Source: Chlorokybus atmophyticus (Eukaryota > Plantae > Mesostigma and Chlorokybus algae). Taken from it: a DNA stretch of 64,000 nucleotides. The stretch lies in contig RHPI01002568.1 of the NCBI GenBank assembly GCA_009103225.1, positions 323,742 through 387,741 on the forward strand, given 5' to 3'. The translations under genes were made by a program, and so were the position numbers. Positions 39,306 through 51,496 of this stretch are shown here, one piece after another (the first letter of the stretch is position 1; each line of letters starts with the position of its first letter). The notes under the pieces were generated by a model. The model did not search any database. It was not told the DNA's origin and saw only the letters and a program-made list of their open reading frames with translations.

Positions 39306-40626
39306 GCTTTCCTTAGAAGCAGCGTAGTGCATTGGACGACTGCAGCATCACTACACTGCAGTCTGCGCCATTGGTTTGGAAGAAATTTGCATTCTTTTAG
39401 GGCAGCAGCTTGCAGTTGCATTCAACTGAGACTGTAAAGGCGCTTGCAATGTCAGCGGTTTTGCTTGGGCTGAAGTCAGTTGTGTTCATAGCCGTTTCTA
39501 GCCATCGGACCTGCACACTGTGGTTGACTGGACGTCATAGCACATATGCTTCCGACTCCGCTGTAGAGGTAGGGTGCCACAAGGTGCCGTGGCGTATACA
39601 ATCTCTCGCTGAGACTGCTCCTGACATGACCATGTTACAGACCACCTTGTATGACACAGAGCCTCAAGGGTGCACTAGGTGGCTTGCAACTAGTGGATGT
39701 TATGAAACACTGCGACGGCATGGCGAAAGAGAGTGCTGTGCGCTATTTTGCGCTGTGCATGTGGATGCATGTTGCGCGCAAATGCGCAAACCTAACACGA
39801 CAACGACGCAGTCTCGGTAGGGCGGACGACACAGTGCTTGGAGGCGGTGATGTGGCCGGAGGCGAAGGGGGAGTCCGTTGAGTCTGCCACTGCTGCAAGC
39901 ATGTGATGGATGGGGGCAGCTGACAATCAGCCGTGGTGCAGGTATCAAGGGCTGCACATGCATGCTTGCATGACCAACAGGGTGGGGTAGGAGTAGAGTT
40001 AGTAAGGTAGGTAGCCCGGTGGTCGAACATGTGTGAAGTAGGTCAGTATGTAGGTTGTTGACGTGCGTTGTGGACTTGCATTGCACATCATGCTGAAACG
40101 TATGTGCTGCACTATTGCATGCACGCAATAGCGTCTTCAATTTCCTGTACACCGGTCTCACAACGTGCAGTGTCCAGATGTGGTCCATGTGCATTTATCT
40201 GCGTGCCATGCGCAAAGCCCGTAGTCATGCTGGCGACATAATGACAGCCCAGGTGCAAGTTATCAAACGCTACTAATATCATCACAGCATGTGCAATGGG
40301 TCTGGGAGATGGCCATGCCTACAACAACGTGCACTAACGTACACTAACCACATACACCGAGCGCTACCTGCGCTATGCTTGCTAGCTAGAGTACAGCAGG
40401 CAGAACTTCGCTCTAACTGCCTGCTCCTGCCATGACGGCGTCCTCCTCAGCGGTTGGTGGCACAGCCTGTAGCGGCTCCCACCCTGGTACAGCGGCAACT
40501 GCAGCTGCGCCGCGCTCCAGCAGCGCAAACAGGTTGTTGGGTGGATGACATTGCCCCATCTGGTGCCATGCGCAAAGCCCATAGTCATGCTGGCGACATA
40601 ATGACAGCCCAGGTGCAGATTAAGTT

Positions 40627-40675
40627 GTTGGGTGGATGACATTGCTCCATCTGGGGTCAATGTCATCCACCCAAC
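40627..40675. repeat. Perfect 18-bp inverted repeat with 13-nt loop
   Basis: GTTGGGTGGATGACATTG (40627-40644) / CAATGTCATCCACCCAAC (40658-40675). Confidence 0.95.
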
Positions 40676-40830
40676 TTTCCCTCATCATAATCAACATCCA
40701 GTTTGTTGTTTCATTCACAGGCTGATCGCATTCAAACTCCACATGCATGCTGGCACAGTAGCATATCCCTTTTGTACAACCCAATTGTTACAAAATGTTA
40801 CAAACAACCATGTGCGTGTGCCAAAATGTG

Positions 40831-43800
40831 CTACCATACTGTACATCTGTGCGAGCTAGATGGCGCCATTGCGCTGCCGCTCTTGCACTTGAAAGCTTCC
40901 GCGAAGGCAGGGTTGTTGATAATTGGTCCCAACACTCTGTACCGTGCTGGCGAGTGAGGGTCTGTCTTCACCTGCCGCTGAGCATCCTGCACACAAAAGC
41001 ATGTCACCACATTAAACATGCAGTGTAACAAGTTCTCGACCTCAAAGCTAATGCCAAGCCCATCATAAACAAAATGCACTCCAGGAAACAGCACCTGCGG
41101 CCGCTGCAGTGTGCACCACGATTGTGCAAATGCAAGGAAGAAGAGCTGATCGTTGCTTAGGTCAGGCAGCAGCTGCTTCTCTGCACCCTTCTCCTGGATG
41201 TAAGAATGGTACGCTTCGTACGCCAACTTGAGCCCGCCGTTGTCTGCAAGAATGCAACAGTCACCACACTGCACCTGTCTGCATGCAGTGAGCCATGGCA
41301 GCTGAACATAAAGTCTTTGTGCACACACCTGCAATGTTCTCGCCAAGCGTGAGGTTGCCATTGATGTGCACCGACTTTTCATCCGGGCCTGGAACGGTAA
41401 AACCGCTGTACTGATTTGCCAAACAATCGGCGCGCTTTGTGAACTCTCGCTCTACATCTTTTGTCCACCACTCCGTCATGTTCCCTAGCATTCATGGCAA
41501 CGACTCAACACAAGTTGCCATGCAATGCAACTGCATGTCTGTAAATATGGGCATCACAATCTCAGAGTTGTGTTACAACAATGATTTAGTTGAGCTCAGT
41601 GAGTAGGTCTGACCTGTGCCATCAAACTGGCGTCCCTGGTCATCAAATCCGTGCGTAAGTTCATGTCCAATCACCATGCCGATGCCACCATAGTTCATAG
41701 CAGCCGGGTACGACAGGTTGTAGAAGACGGGCTGAATGATGCCCGCAGGGAAGACCATCTGGTTCTGGCTTGGATCGTAATACGCATTCACTGCAGACGC
41801 ACACTGTTGGGAAGGCATTCCACAAGGATGGCACACGCGTCATCGAGAAAGGCGGGCGCGCAAAGCGGCACCTGTTGATGGTGTCATAAACCACTCGCTG
41901 CGGTCTGCTGGCTGCCCGACTCGCTGTGCCGCTTTGCGCGCACTGCGTTCCACACCTGTTGCAATGACGCGGTAAGTGGATGAACCAACCAACACTGATG
42001 TCAAACAACAGCTGTACAGCAAGGTGAGATGCAAGGGGGTGTCTACCGGCTACAATGTTGTCGAAGTAAGTGCTGGCTTTAATCGATAGGCCTTCATATG
42101 AGTCCCACTTTGTTGGATAGCCAATCAGATTGGCAACCTGCACTCATCAAACACACCAATGAGCAATGGCAATGCACAAAGATCATGCCTACAGGCAAGC
42201 TTTGAGGTCCTGCACCGCACCATGGAGAGCTTCTTCAGTGCTGCGGCCCGCGTACTGTCGTCCATCCAGTCCAAATTGGGTATACGCAGCTCCATCGCAT
42301 TCTCTACCCTGTCCACGAGGTCCTGGGCTACTGTCTTGCTGTCCCCTGGGAATGCACGCTGCACACGAGAAGGTCGGTTTGATCTGATACCAATGGTTGT
42401 TCATAAAGCACGGCATGCACCAGCTCGAGGCAACATAGTGCTCAAGCTGCCTTACACAATAACTTAGCCGATCCCACAGCGGTTGTAGACTCACCTCCAC
42501 AAAGTAGTGGCTCAAGGCTTCGCCAAGCAGCGAGTCAACAACTCCCTGCAGGGGACGACAACATCAGCAAGCCTGCTTAGCAGGACGCTACCTCCAGCGG
42601 CACAAGCTGTGTTCTAGCATGGGAAACATCACAGTACCGCGCACTCCTTCCAGCGAGGTGAGCGCTCTGCCACGCCACTCAGCTGGCGGCTGTAGAAATC
42701 AAAGTCTTCGTTCTGCAGCTCGGACCCAAGCTTGTTGGCGATTGCATTCAGCACGGACCTATTTGCCCCCAACACATGAGTTGATGCCGTTTACACATAC
42801 AAAACAGCATACGTAAGATTACTGAGCACTGACCACCGCGTGTACGCTTTAAGCTTCTCAGCAGAAGTGTTGCCAACAAGGCTGCTCAAGTCAGTGAAAA
42901 ACTTGGGCACCTGCAGATCAGGATTGTGTTGACAAGCCAGCTCATCGACAAAGCAAAATTGCCGGAATTGAGAACTTCTGAGGTATGACACAGTACCTCA
43001 ACGTTCACAGGAACAGACAGCGCTGATTCCGGGACACCATTAGCCAACATGCCTTCCTTGAGGTACAGGTTTGGGGCCAGGTCCTGGCAAACGGGAGTAG
43101 AAGTGCAATGTAAATTACCAGCATGTATGGGATGCCCCAGCTCTCAACAAAACTTTCCAACGCACCTTCAACTGCTCAACCGCATACTTGTTGTAAGTTG
43201 CTTGAGGATCGCGCAACTGGTCTCTGTTCATCAATCACACGCTGTCGTGAGCACACCTCCCACCTGGCCAGGCAGCGACAGAACAGAACCTCACCTTGGC
43301 AAAGCTATCTTCGCGATCTCAGTTTCCAAGTCAACTATTGCAGACGCATTGGATTTAGCATCGTCCTCTGTAAAGCCGGCAATTGTGAACATCTTGGCAA
43401 TATGGTTCTGCGCAGATCCAGACCACCTCAGCACGCAAGAAGGTCACGTGCTTTCTATAGTGATCTGCAACGGATAGCCTTGGCAGGCGTCATGGTCTTG
43501 TACAGACCAAGCACATGCCAAAACCTTTTGCTGTGGCTCAATGGCTGCTATGTAGTACCTGGTAAGCCTCTTTCATGCCACTCAAAGAGTCTTCTAGATA
43601 GTAGTCTCGGTCCGGAAGACCTGCAGTACACAGAGAGTATCGCAACAACTTTTGTCAGGCACTGCTTGAAAAGGCTAACACCTTAATCGCACCCACCTAA
43701 GCCGCCTTGGGTGAACTGAAATATGACACGCGTTGGGTCTCGCGCGTCATTCGCGATATATGCACCGTACAGTGTCGGCACACCATACAAACCCTTTGCT

Positions 43801-44740
43801 GCTAGCCACTTCACAAGGTCCTGTGACAGAACACATCTGAGGGATAAGTACACATGTGTGCACTCCACCAGCCGTGCATGGGCTTACCTCTGAGCGTGTT
43901 GTGTTGGAAACATCATCCCAGAATGGCTGTAAGGGCTTCAGCCCAACACTATCTATCACACTGGTGTTCATACACGACTCGTACATCGGCCCTATCAGCG
44001 GCCAGCCCTCCTCCAGTACTTGTTTCAGCACCTCGAGATTGTGCTCATCAATGACACTGAAAGAGCGCGCGTAACCTGCATATCAAGCACACAATGTCTT
44101 GTATTGAAGGACAATCTGCACAACTGGACACTATCAAAATGCACTTACGCGCATAGTCAGCAGGAAGCTCGGTCGTCTTCAGCCAGCCACCACAAGAATA
44201 CTCATAAAAGTCTGTCAGCCAAGAAACAACAATGAGGTCATCAATGCGTACACATCTCTTGCCTTGTACACTGATTACTGTGCTGTGTCGTGTACAAAAG
44301 TCATGCAGTGAGTGAACAGCAAAACTTCAGTGTTGACCATAGATTAGCGCAGATATTCCCACCCTCGCATGGATCTTGAGAGGTGTCCATGGTGGACTTC
44401 ACAATGTTAACTAGCCAATCACGATTGTCCTCTTGGGGTTCGTCATGAGAACTCTGCTGACATTTTGCCAGCTGGCTCTTAGTGGCCGACTGCACACCTG
44501 TTAAAAAGCAACACACAATTATGCATGCAATACAGTGCTGTGCGTAGCGGTGCAAAACAAATGTCCACCAAAACTCTCTCTGCGCTCACCTGCCAGCACT
44601 GCAATTGCTATGAGGCAAGCAACAAGGACACCAGCCAAGCCAACGGCGATTTTGTCGTAGCGCCAGTGTGGAAGGCGTAAGCGAAGCTGTCGAGCCCGAC
44701 CAGGCCGCAGCAGCGGAAAGTCCTCATCATAGTCAGCCAT
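40831..44740 (-). CDS. M13-family zinc metallopeptidase (neprilysin/endothelin-converting-enzyme-like), type II membrane protein
   Basis: Short N-tail plus TM segment [21 protein letters not shown]; [14 protein letters not shown]; [20 protein letters not shown] (HEXXH), [29 protein letters not shown]-terminal CTVW*. Confidence 0.96.
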
Positions 44741-45684
44741 GTCGGCCTGGCTTGGGCTGGCCTGGTCCACCGTGCAGCATGAGCAAACCAAGCCCCACAG
44801 CTTTGCAATGCAAGCAGGCGCATGCGCTAAGACAGTGCAACAGGAATTTCAACATCAACAGGCAGCATTACACATTGGCCTGCTCGTGCAAGCATTGTAA
44901 CAGGCAAGCAGCAGCTCTTCACAGCAACGCATAGCAGGCATTGTGGACTGACAACACACACATGCACGTTTGTGCGGGCACAACGCTGACTGAAGTTTAA
45001 TCAGGTGTTAAGTTGATAGTCCACCATATCTAAGCCCACACTGAAGCATGGGGCAAGCGCCACAACTGACAGCGACCATACTGTCAGCAGTGCAACTAAC
45101 ACTGATCATGCTGAATGGACCTCAATGCATGCTAGACACCGCTGTCAGCACATATAACAACGCTTGGGCATTAGCTGCACGCACAAGCACAAGCCTTCAT
45201 GTTGCGACTTTGAACAACCATCTGTCGTCATTATAGACTGCGTGCCACGAAGTGGTCGACTAGTACTTTGTCAGCATAACACCCGACAGATGAACCGATT
45301 GACGACTAAACAGAGTTGTCAACTCTACAGCATTAAGTCAGCACTGCATGCGCCTTTGCACGTAAGCCTGCTGGACTCAGCTGCTGCTGGCTATCCGCAA
45401 GGCCAGTAGCGACGTGTTCAAGCTTGCGAAGCAAACAACTCAGCAGCGACCTTTACCAAACGACCCAACCAGGCCAGTTGACTCCGCCGCCGCCGCCGCC
45501 GCCGCTGCAGCTTGCACCCGACCAGGCAGCAGGCAACTTGGCTAAGCAAACCTACAAACGGTCAACAGTAACAGCACTTGCAATTGAAGCGTCCGATATC
45601 AGGCCAATCACATTGCAAACAGAGCGATATACTGCAGAACTAGTTAGGGTTCGACTGTAAAGCCGGTTTTAGCTATGATGTGCT

Positions 45685-45732
45685 AACCACGACTGCGGCC
45701 TGGCCTGGTTAGGCCAGGCCGCAGTCGTGGTT
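45685..45732. promoter_or_regulatory. Perfect 22-bp inverted repeat (4-nt loop) in the divergent M13/FY intergenic region; regulatory role unproven
   Basis: AACCACGACTGCGGCCTGGCCT-GGTT-AGGCCAGGCCGCAGTCGTGGTT, ending 96 bp before the FY ATG. Confidence 0.6.
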
Positions 45733-45827
45733 TGGCCTGGTTAGGCCAGGCTAGGCTACAGACGGGCGTGGCGGAGCGGCGACCAGGCTGGCGAGAGGGC
45801 GCATGAGTCTGTCAGAAGACTCCAGCG

Positions 45828-48800
45828 ATGGCGATGGTATTGGCGTCTGGCGAGCAGCAGGCGGGGCCGGCGCCTGCTGTTTCTCGTGCGGCATTCCAGC
45901 GAGGAGGAGACTACCAGCAGCGAGCAGACTATCAGCAACAGCACGAAGGTGAGTTTGACTACGTAAATGCGCTGTGAGCATCACAGCGTAGGACTTTCTA
46001 CCACAATCAACCTGCATTCTTCATACACGCATGGGGATTCCACCTTGCTTGGGGAAAATGCTTGTGCTTGTCTCCTGCTTGTATGTCTTTGCGAGTCGTC
46101 AATCTCCGTTGTCAATTGCATGCAGTGAGAGTTGCTGTCTTTCAAGGCTTGCTGCGTTGTACAAAATTGTGCAATAGCATACTCATGTTTGTTTGGTGTC
46201 AAACCGCTCATTGTGTGTATTTGCAGTATCCTGTCTCAATCTGCCAAACTAATCGCTGATCCGCTTGATGACTTGATTTATAAGCTGTTATCACCATCAG
46301 GAGGCAAGCGCGCACATCGCACGGGGCCGCGCCGCACCGTTGACTACAGCAGCCCTGTTGTTCGATACCTGCAGGTGAGGGACTTGCATGCATGCACGCA
46401 TGTTTGCATGGAAACTTTCCATCTCAGTCATGCATGCTTCAGCAACAACAACCTCATGCAGGCAAAAATGGTGCAACGTGACGCGCGCGACCAACCGTCT
46501 TTACAGCCCACTCCAGAGTCCGCCATGGATGTAAGCAGATAGTCCTTGTGTGTTAAACTGTGTCTTTGAACCAACCGCCACACACGCAAGCACGCACCCA
46601 TACAAGCGCGCACATGTGGATGCTCGCACACACAGCCTATGTACTGACTGTCATTGTTTGCAGCTGCTGATACCAGATGGTTATTTGCATGTTCCCGAGA
46701 GCGGCGTGTGCAATAAGCTCGTGCACCAGTCTATCAATAAGGTATAGGCTTGCTTGGTGTTGGCGTCATCAGTGTTGTTGTCGTAGCTGTTTGTGGTTGT
46801 GACTTCATGAGTAAGCTTTCACAACAGGTGCGGTGTGCGATCAGCGTGGTGGTGTGGACTCCAGAGGGCCGCCGCGTAATCACTGGCGCAGTCTCGGGCG
46901 AGTTCACGTTGTGGAATGGCACCTCCTTCAACTTTGAAACCATTCTTCAGGTGTGTGGGCACATAGTTGCAGTATGTCTTCAGGTAGCAAGTCAACATGA
47001 CACTTTGTCGTAGGCTCATGAAGGTCCAGTGCGTTCGATGACGTGGAGTTATAACGACAACTGGCTCGTGAGCGGCGATGACCAGGGCACGCTCAAGTAC
47101 TGGCAGCCCAACATGAACAATGTGAAGGTGGGTTTGTGCGCAATGTTGGTGGTCATATTTGTTCAACAAAGACACATGCTTGCTGGACATCACCCCAGGC
47201 CGCCCGCAGTGCACACAAAGAATCCATTCGAGGCATCAGCTTCAGCGCCTCTGACCTGAAATTTTGCACATGTTCTGATGACACAACGCTTAAAGTGTGG
47301 GACTTTGCAACGATGCGTGACGAGCGCAACCTCTCAGGTACAGCATGTTGGGTTGTATTTCGCACTTCGTTTTGCAATATGGTGTCTCATGCACACGCGT
47401 GCAGGGCATGGATGGGATGTGAAGGCTGTTGACTGGCACCCTTCTCAGTCTCTCATTGCATCGGGAAGCAAAGACAATTTAATTAAGTTGTGGGACCCGC
47501 GCGCAGGCACAAACCTCACCACACTGTGAGTGAGTGTTGTTAGGGAGCAGATGCCATTTCACATATGTGTACATGCTGATGAGACATCATGCGTTATTTG
47601 TGCTGCAGCCACGGTCACAAGAACACGGTGCTTGCTGTGCAGTGGAACCGCAACGGCCATTGGCTGCTCACAGGCTCACGCGACCAGCTTCTCAAAGTGA
47701 GATGTCCACAAAATTATGCTTGTAATCTTACAACATGTGTTGCTAATCCCGTACAACATTTGTCTGTGCTGCACAGGTCTATGACTTGCGCACGATGAAA
47801 GAGCTGTGCACGTTCAAAGGCCACAAACGGGAGGTCACATGTGAGTACGCAATATCATGCTGTACTAGTGGTAGTAGCAACACTGGTTGGTACTTAGCGT
47901 TGGCTCTGTGGTTTTGCAGCCGCTGCATGGCACCCTGTTCACGAAACATTGTGTGCGAGCGGCGGATATGATGGCAGCCTTTTCCATTGGCTCGTTGGGT
48001 ACTACAACCAGACTCATATCAGCATTGTTGCTGTCGCATGTCATCAGATGCTTGCAATGTGGCACGCACTGCGTGTATCATAAACATATTCGTTGACATT
48101 AGGTGTGAGGCTCCTCGAGCAGAAGTCCAGGGCGCGCACGACTCCGCTGTCTGGACACTGGCCTGGCATCCTGTTGGCCACATCCTGGCCAGGTGCGTGC
48201 TATGGCTGTGGCAGTGCGCACATGCAGATGTTGATCTCATTGTTGCTAACTTCTTTTTCTGTTCTTTGCAGCGGGAGCAATGACCACACAACCAGGTTCT
48301 GGTGCAGAGCGCGGCCTGGTGACACGCCGCAGGACTCCAAGTCTCCAGGCCATTCTCTCAGTAAGCGAGCACACAAACTGGGCGTGGACACACATGCACA
48401 TGCATGTGTCTCCATGCGTGTGCGCGTGCATCTATCATCCTGTGCACACACACGCGCGTGTTTACGTGCGTATGTGTGTGCGTGTGTGTGCATGTGTGCG
48501 TGTGTGCATGTGCGTCTTCATCTTGACAAGATGTTGTTATGGTTGCAGGCGTGGGTGAAGGCCAGGCGACTATGCGCACACCCGAGCAGCAGCTGCAGGG
48601 CCGGCCGTCATCTGCTGGCGTCGCGCACGACGCCAGTATGGGTCCCGGGAACATCCCTGGTATTGGATTGGCTATTCCTGGGATAGGACCCATCCCAAGC
48701 GGCAATCTGGGAGGCTTGCCTGGTCCAGGACCCGGCTTTGGTCCTCCACCAGGACTCGGGGGCATGGCACCTGGTTTAGGACCACTGCCGCACGCTGCTT

Positions 48801-48941
48801 CTGCTGGAGGCCCAGGACCCCCGTTGGGCCTTGGACCCGGCCAGGGACCTGGTCCACCACCATTTGGTGCTCCAGGACCTCCCCCAAGGCCGATGTACCC
48901 TCCACCAGGGCCTCCAGGTCCACCTGGCAGGTGAGTGAGAG

Positions 48942-48977
<36 letters not shown>

Positions 48978-49447
48978 TCGCGCTCGCGCTGCGTGCACAT
49001 TGACACGTGAGCGCATGCGCCCAAGCACATACACTCAAGCACCCGTGCATGCATACTCATGCGCACACACCCACCTTGTAGTGGAACCTATACAGCGCTA
49101 AAGTACACAATGTTGGTAGGGCACATGGACGGCCTCTCCCTTCACCACCCGGCCCTCCGCCATATGGTGGGCCGCAGATGTTCAGTAACCCCGCGGGCCC
49201 TCCTCCCCCAATGTATCCGCAACAGCCACCACCGCAGATGTTCCATCCATTGGGCGGCCCGCCGGCACCTTACAACCAGCAGGTGTGTACGTGCTCAGAG
49301 TATGCATGCGTGGGCGTACATGTTTGGTGGTACATGCTGACCTGTCAACTGGTGCAGGGCATGCCAGGTGCTCCTCCTATGATGCCACCTCGCCCGCCGC
49401 CCCCTCCCTCAATGCGACCTCCAAACATGCCACCCCCAAGGCCCTAA
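45828..49447 (+). CDS. FY: Polyadenylation factor FY / WDR33 / Pfs2 (WD40 repeats plus Gly/Pro-rich tail)
   Basis: GKRAHR...[139 protein letters not shown]. Confidence 0.97.
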
Positions 49448-49944
49448 CATCGTTGCGTTGTTGCCGCTTAGTTTGCAGCAGGGAGTGTTTCACAAGTTAT
49501 CATAGCGCGTGTCGTGCACATCACATGCACAATGCTGTCAAGATTAAGCAAAGGATGCCGCTGGCATCCATTTACCAGTGGTTGTTGTAAAAGCTGGTTG
49601 AGCTGCTGTCATCTGAAACCCAGTGCTTGAGTCGTGACTGCTGGAATGCGGGATAATTTGTTGATCGCATATGCATACTGCAGCCAAGCCAAGTATAGGG
49701 TGTGCCATGCATTGATATGCTGTAACAGTTTGTTGATATAATGGCAACAACACCATCACAATATGAAAGCTTGACAGGCGCATTATGCAAATGCAACTCA
49801 CTCCAGATTCGTTTGGTTTCGTCACTTTGTCATCACAGCTTGTTTGCAACACATATGCCACTTGCATTGATTATACGCATCTGACCCCAACAACGCGCGT
49901 GTCGCCGCACAAACAGCATACGCGTCATGTGCACCCAACAGCTA

Positions 49945-51464
49945 TTAAACAGTGAGGAGCATGTGCTGTTGGCGCAGGACCTCCCGCTTAGCCCGCTCCT
50001 CCTCAAGCTTTGTGAAAGCGACCTTAACAGCCTCATAGACGAGGAAGCTGACTCCCGCTGCAGGTATGAGCTTGAATGTGGACGGTACCCACCCTCGGTA
50101 TAGCGCGAACACGCCCTCGTTGCGCGTGATTTGTATAAATGCATCACCCATGTTGGCATAAAGCTTCGCGCGTCCGGGTAGGCCCTGCACTTGCAGCCTC
50201 TTACGAATGACTTCCAAAGGGAATGATACGGTCATGGCGAGCCAACCACTCGTCATGCCGCATAAAGCCGTGGGGAGTACTCCAACGGTGGTATTGCCCG
50301 TCGAGCGCTTGTAGGACTCGCGAAGGATGTCGTACGCGCCGAAGCTGATGCCCGCGTAGGGCACAACGCCAGCTAGACTCGGACCCAAACCGCCCCACAA
50401 CGCCACTGCAAGAGTAAACATGACAATGACGCGCAATAAAGGCGAGCATACGCGCACGTGTGCGTGCACACGCATGCATGCACGCACATGTACAGACACG
50501 CACACATATGCACACGCTTGTATGTACACGCACATGCATAGACACGCACGCATGTACACTGCGTGTGCACACGTGCATGCACACACACTGGCGCACTCAC
50601 GCACGGACACATGCGCGCACATGACTGCGCGAACACCCGCACACATGTACACACAACTCTTGTGTCACTCACGCAAGCCCTCGTTCTTGATGATCTGTTT
50701 GAAGCAGTCCACAATATTCGCGTACACCCCCCTCGACACCGCCATGCGCGAAGACACCATCTGCAACATATACACACAGCAACTTGGCAATGATGTCCAT
50801 CATACACACATGTCCACTATCAACCACACACTTACATCCAGCGGGTACAGTATGGTCGTGCTTGTGGCCCCCGCGAGCGCACCCGCAATCAGCCTTTGCC
50901 GATCGGTTGGGACTTCGGTGTCGCTCCCGCGCGTGAGAAGCTTCTTGAACAAGTCGAAGGTGACGAAGTCGATGGCTTTGGAGGGAGCGCTTCTCAACAC
51001 GTTGGCGCCGTTGCCTGCATGTGCGTGAATGTGGGTGTGTATGAGAGTGTGCATGGGCGCACGCATGCATGGGTATGCGTGTTTGCATGTGAGGCACACC
51101 TGCAAACACGCATAACCACTCACAGAAGCACCTGTGTGCCTCTTTACGAACGTGTGTACACGCATGCGTGCTTGCGTGTGTGCAGTACCATGTGTGATGC
51201 GCATGTGTACTGTATGCGTAAGAGTGTCTCTCTCTGCTTACCTCTGAAGAAAGCCTTGACGCCATCCTCTTTCCACAGTGCTGTGGCAATCTCCCCAGGC
51301 GTGATGCGCTCAGGAGTGACTTGAGTCTTGATCACCTACACAAGCGGCCTTCACGGTCATTGACCACAACAACAACTACTACCCCACTGTTATCCCAAAC
51401 CCACTCTTGTTTCGTGGTCTACGCAAATGAAACAAAAGCAGAAAATAACAACAACAATGACAAT

Positions 51465-51496
<32 letters not shown>

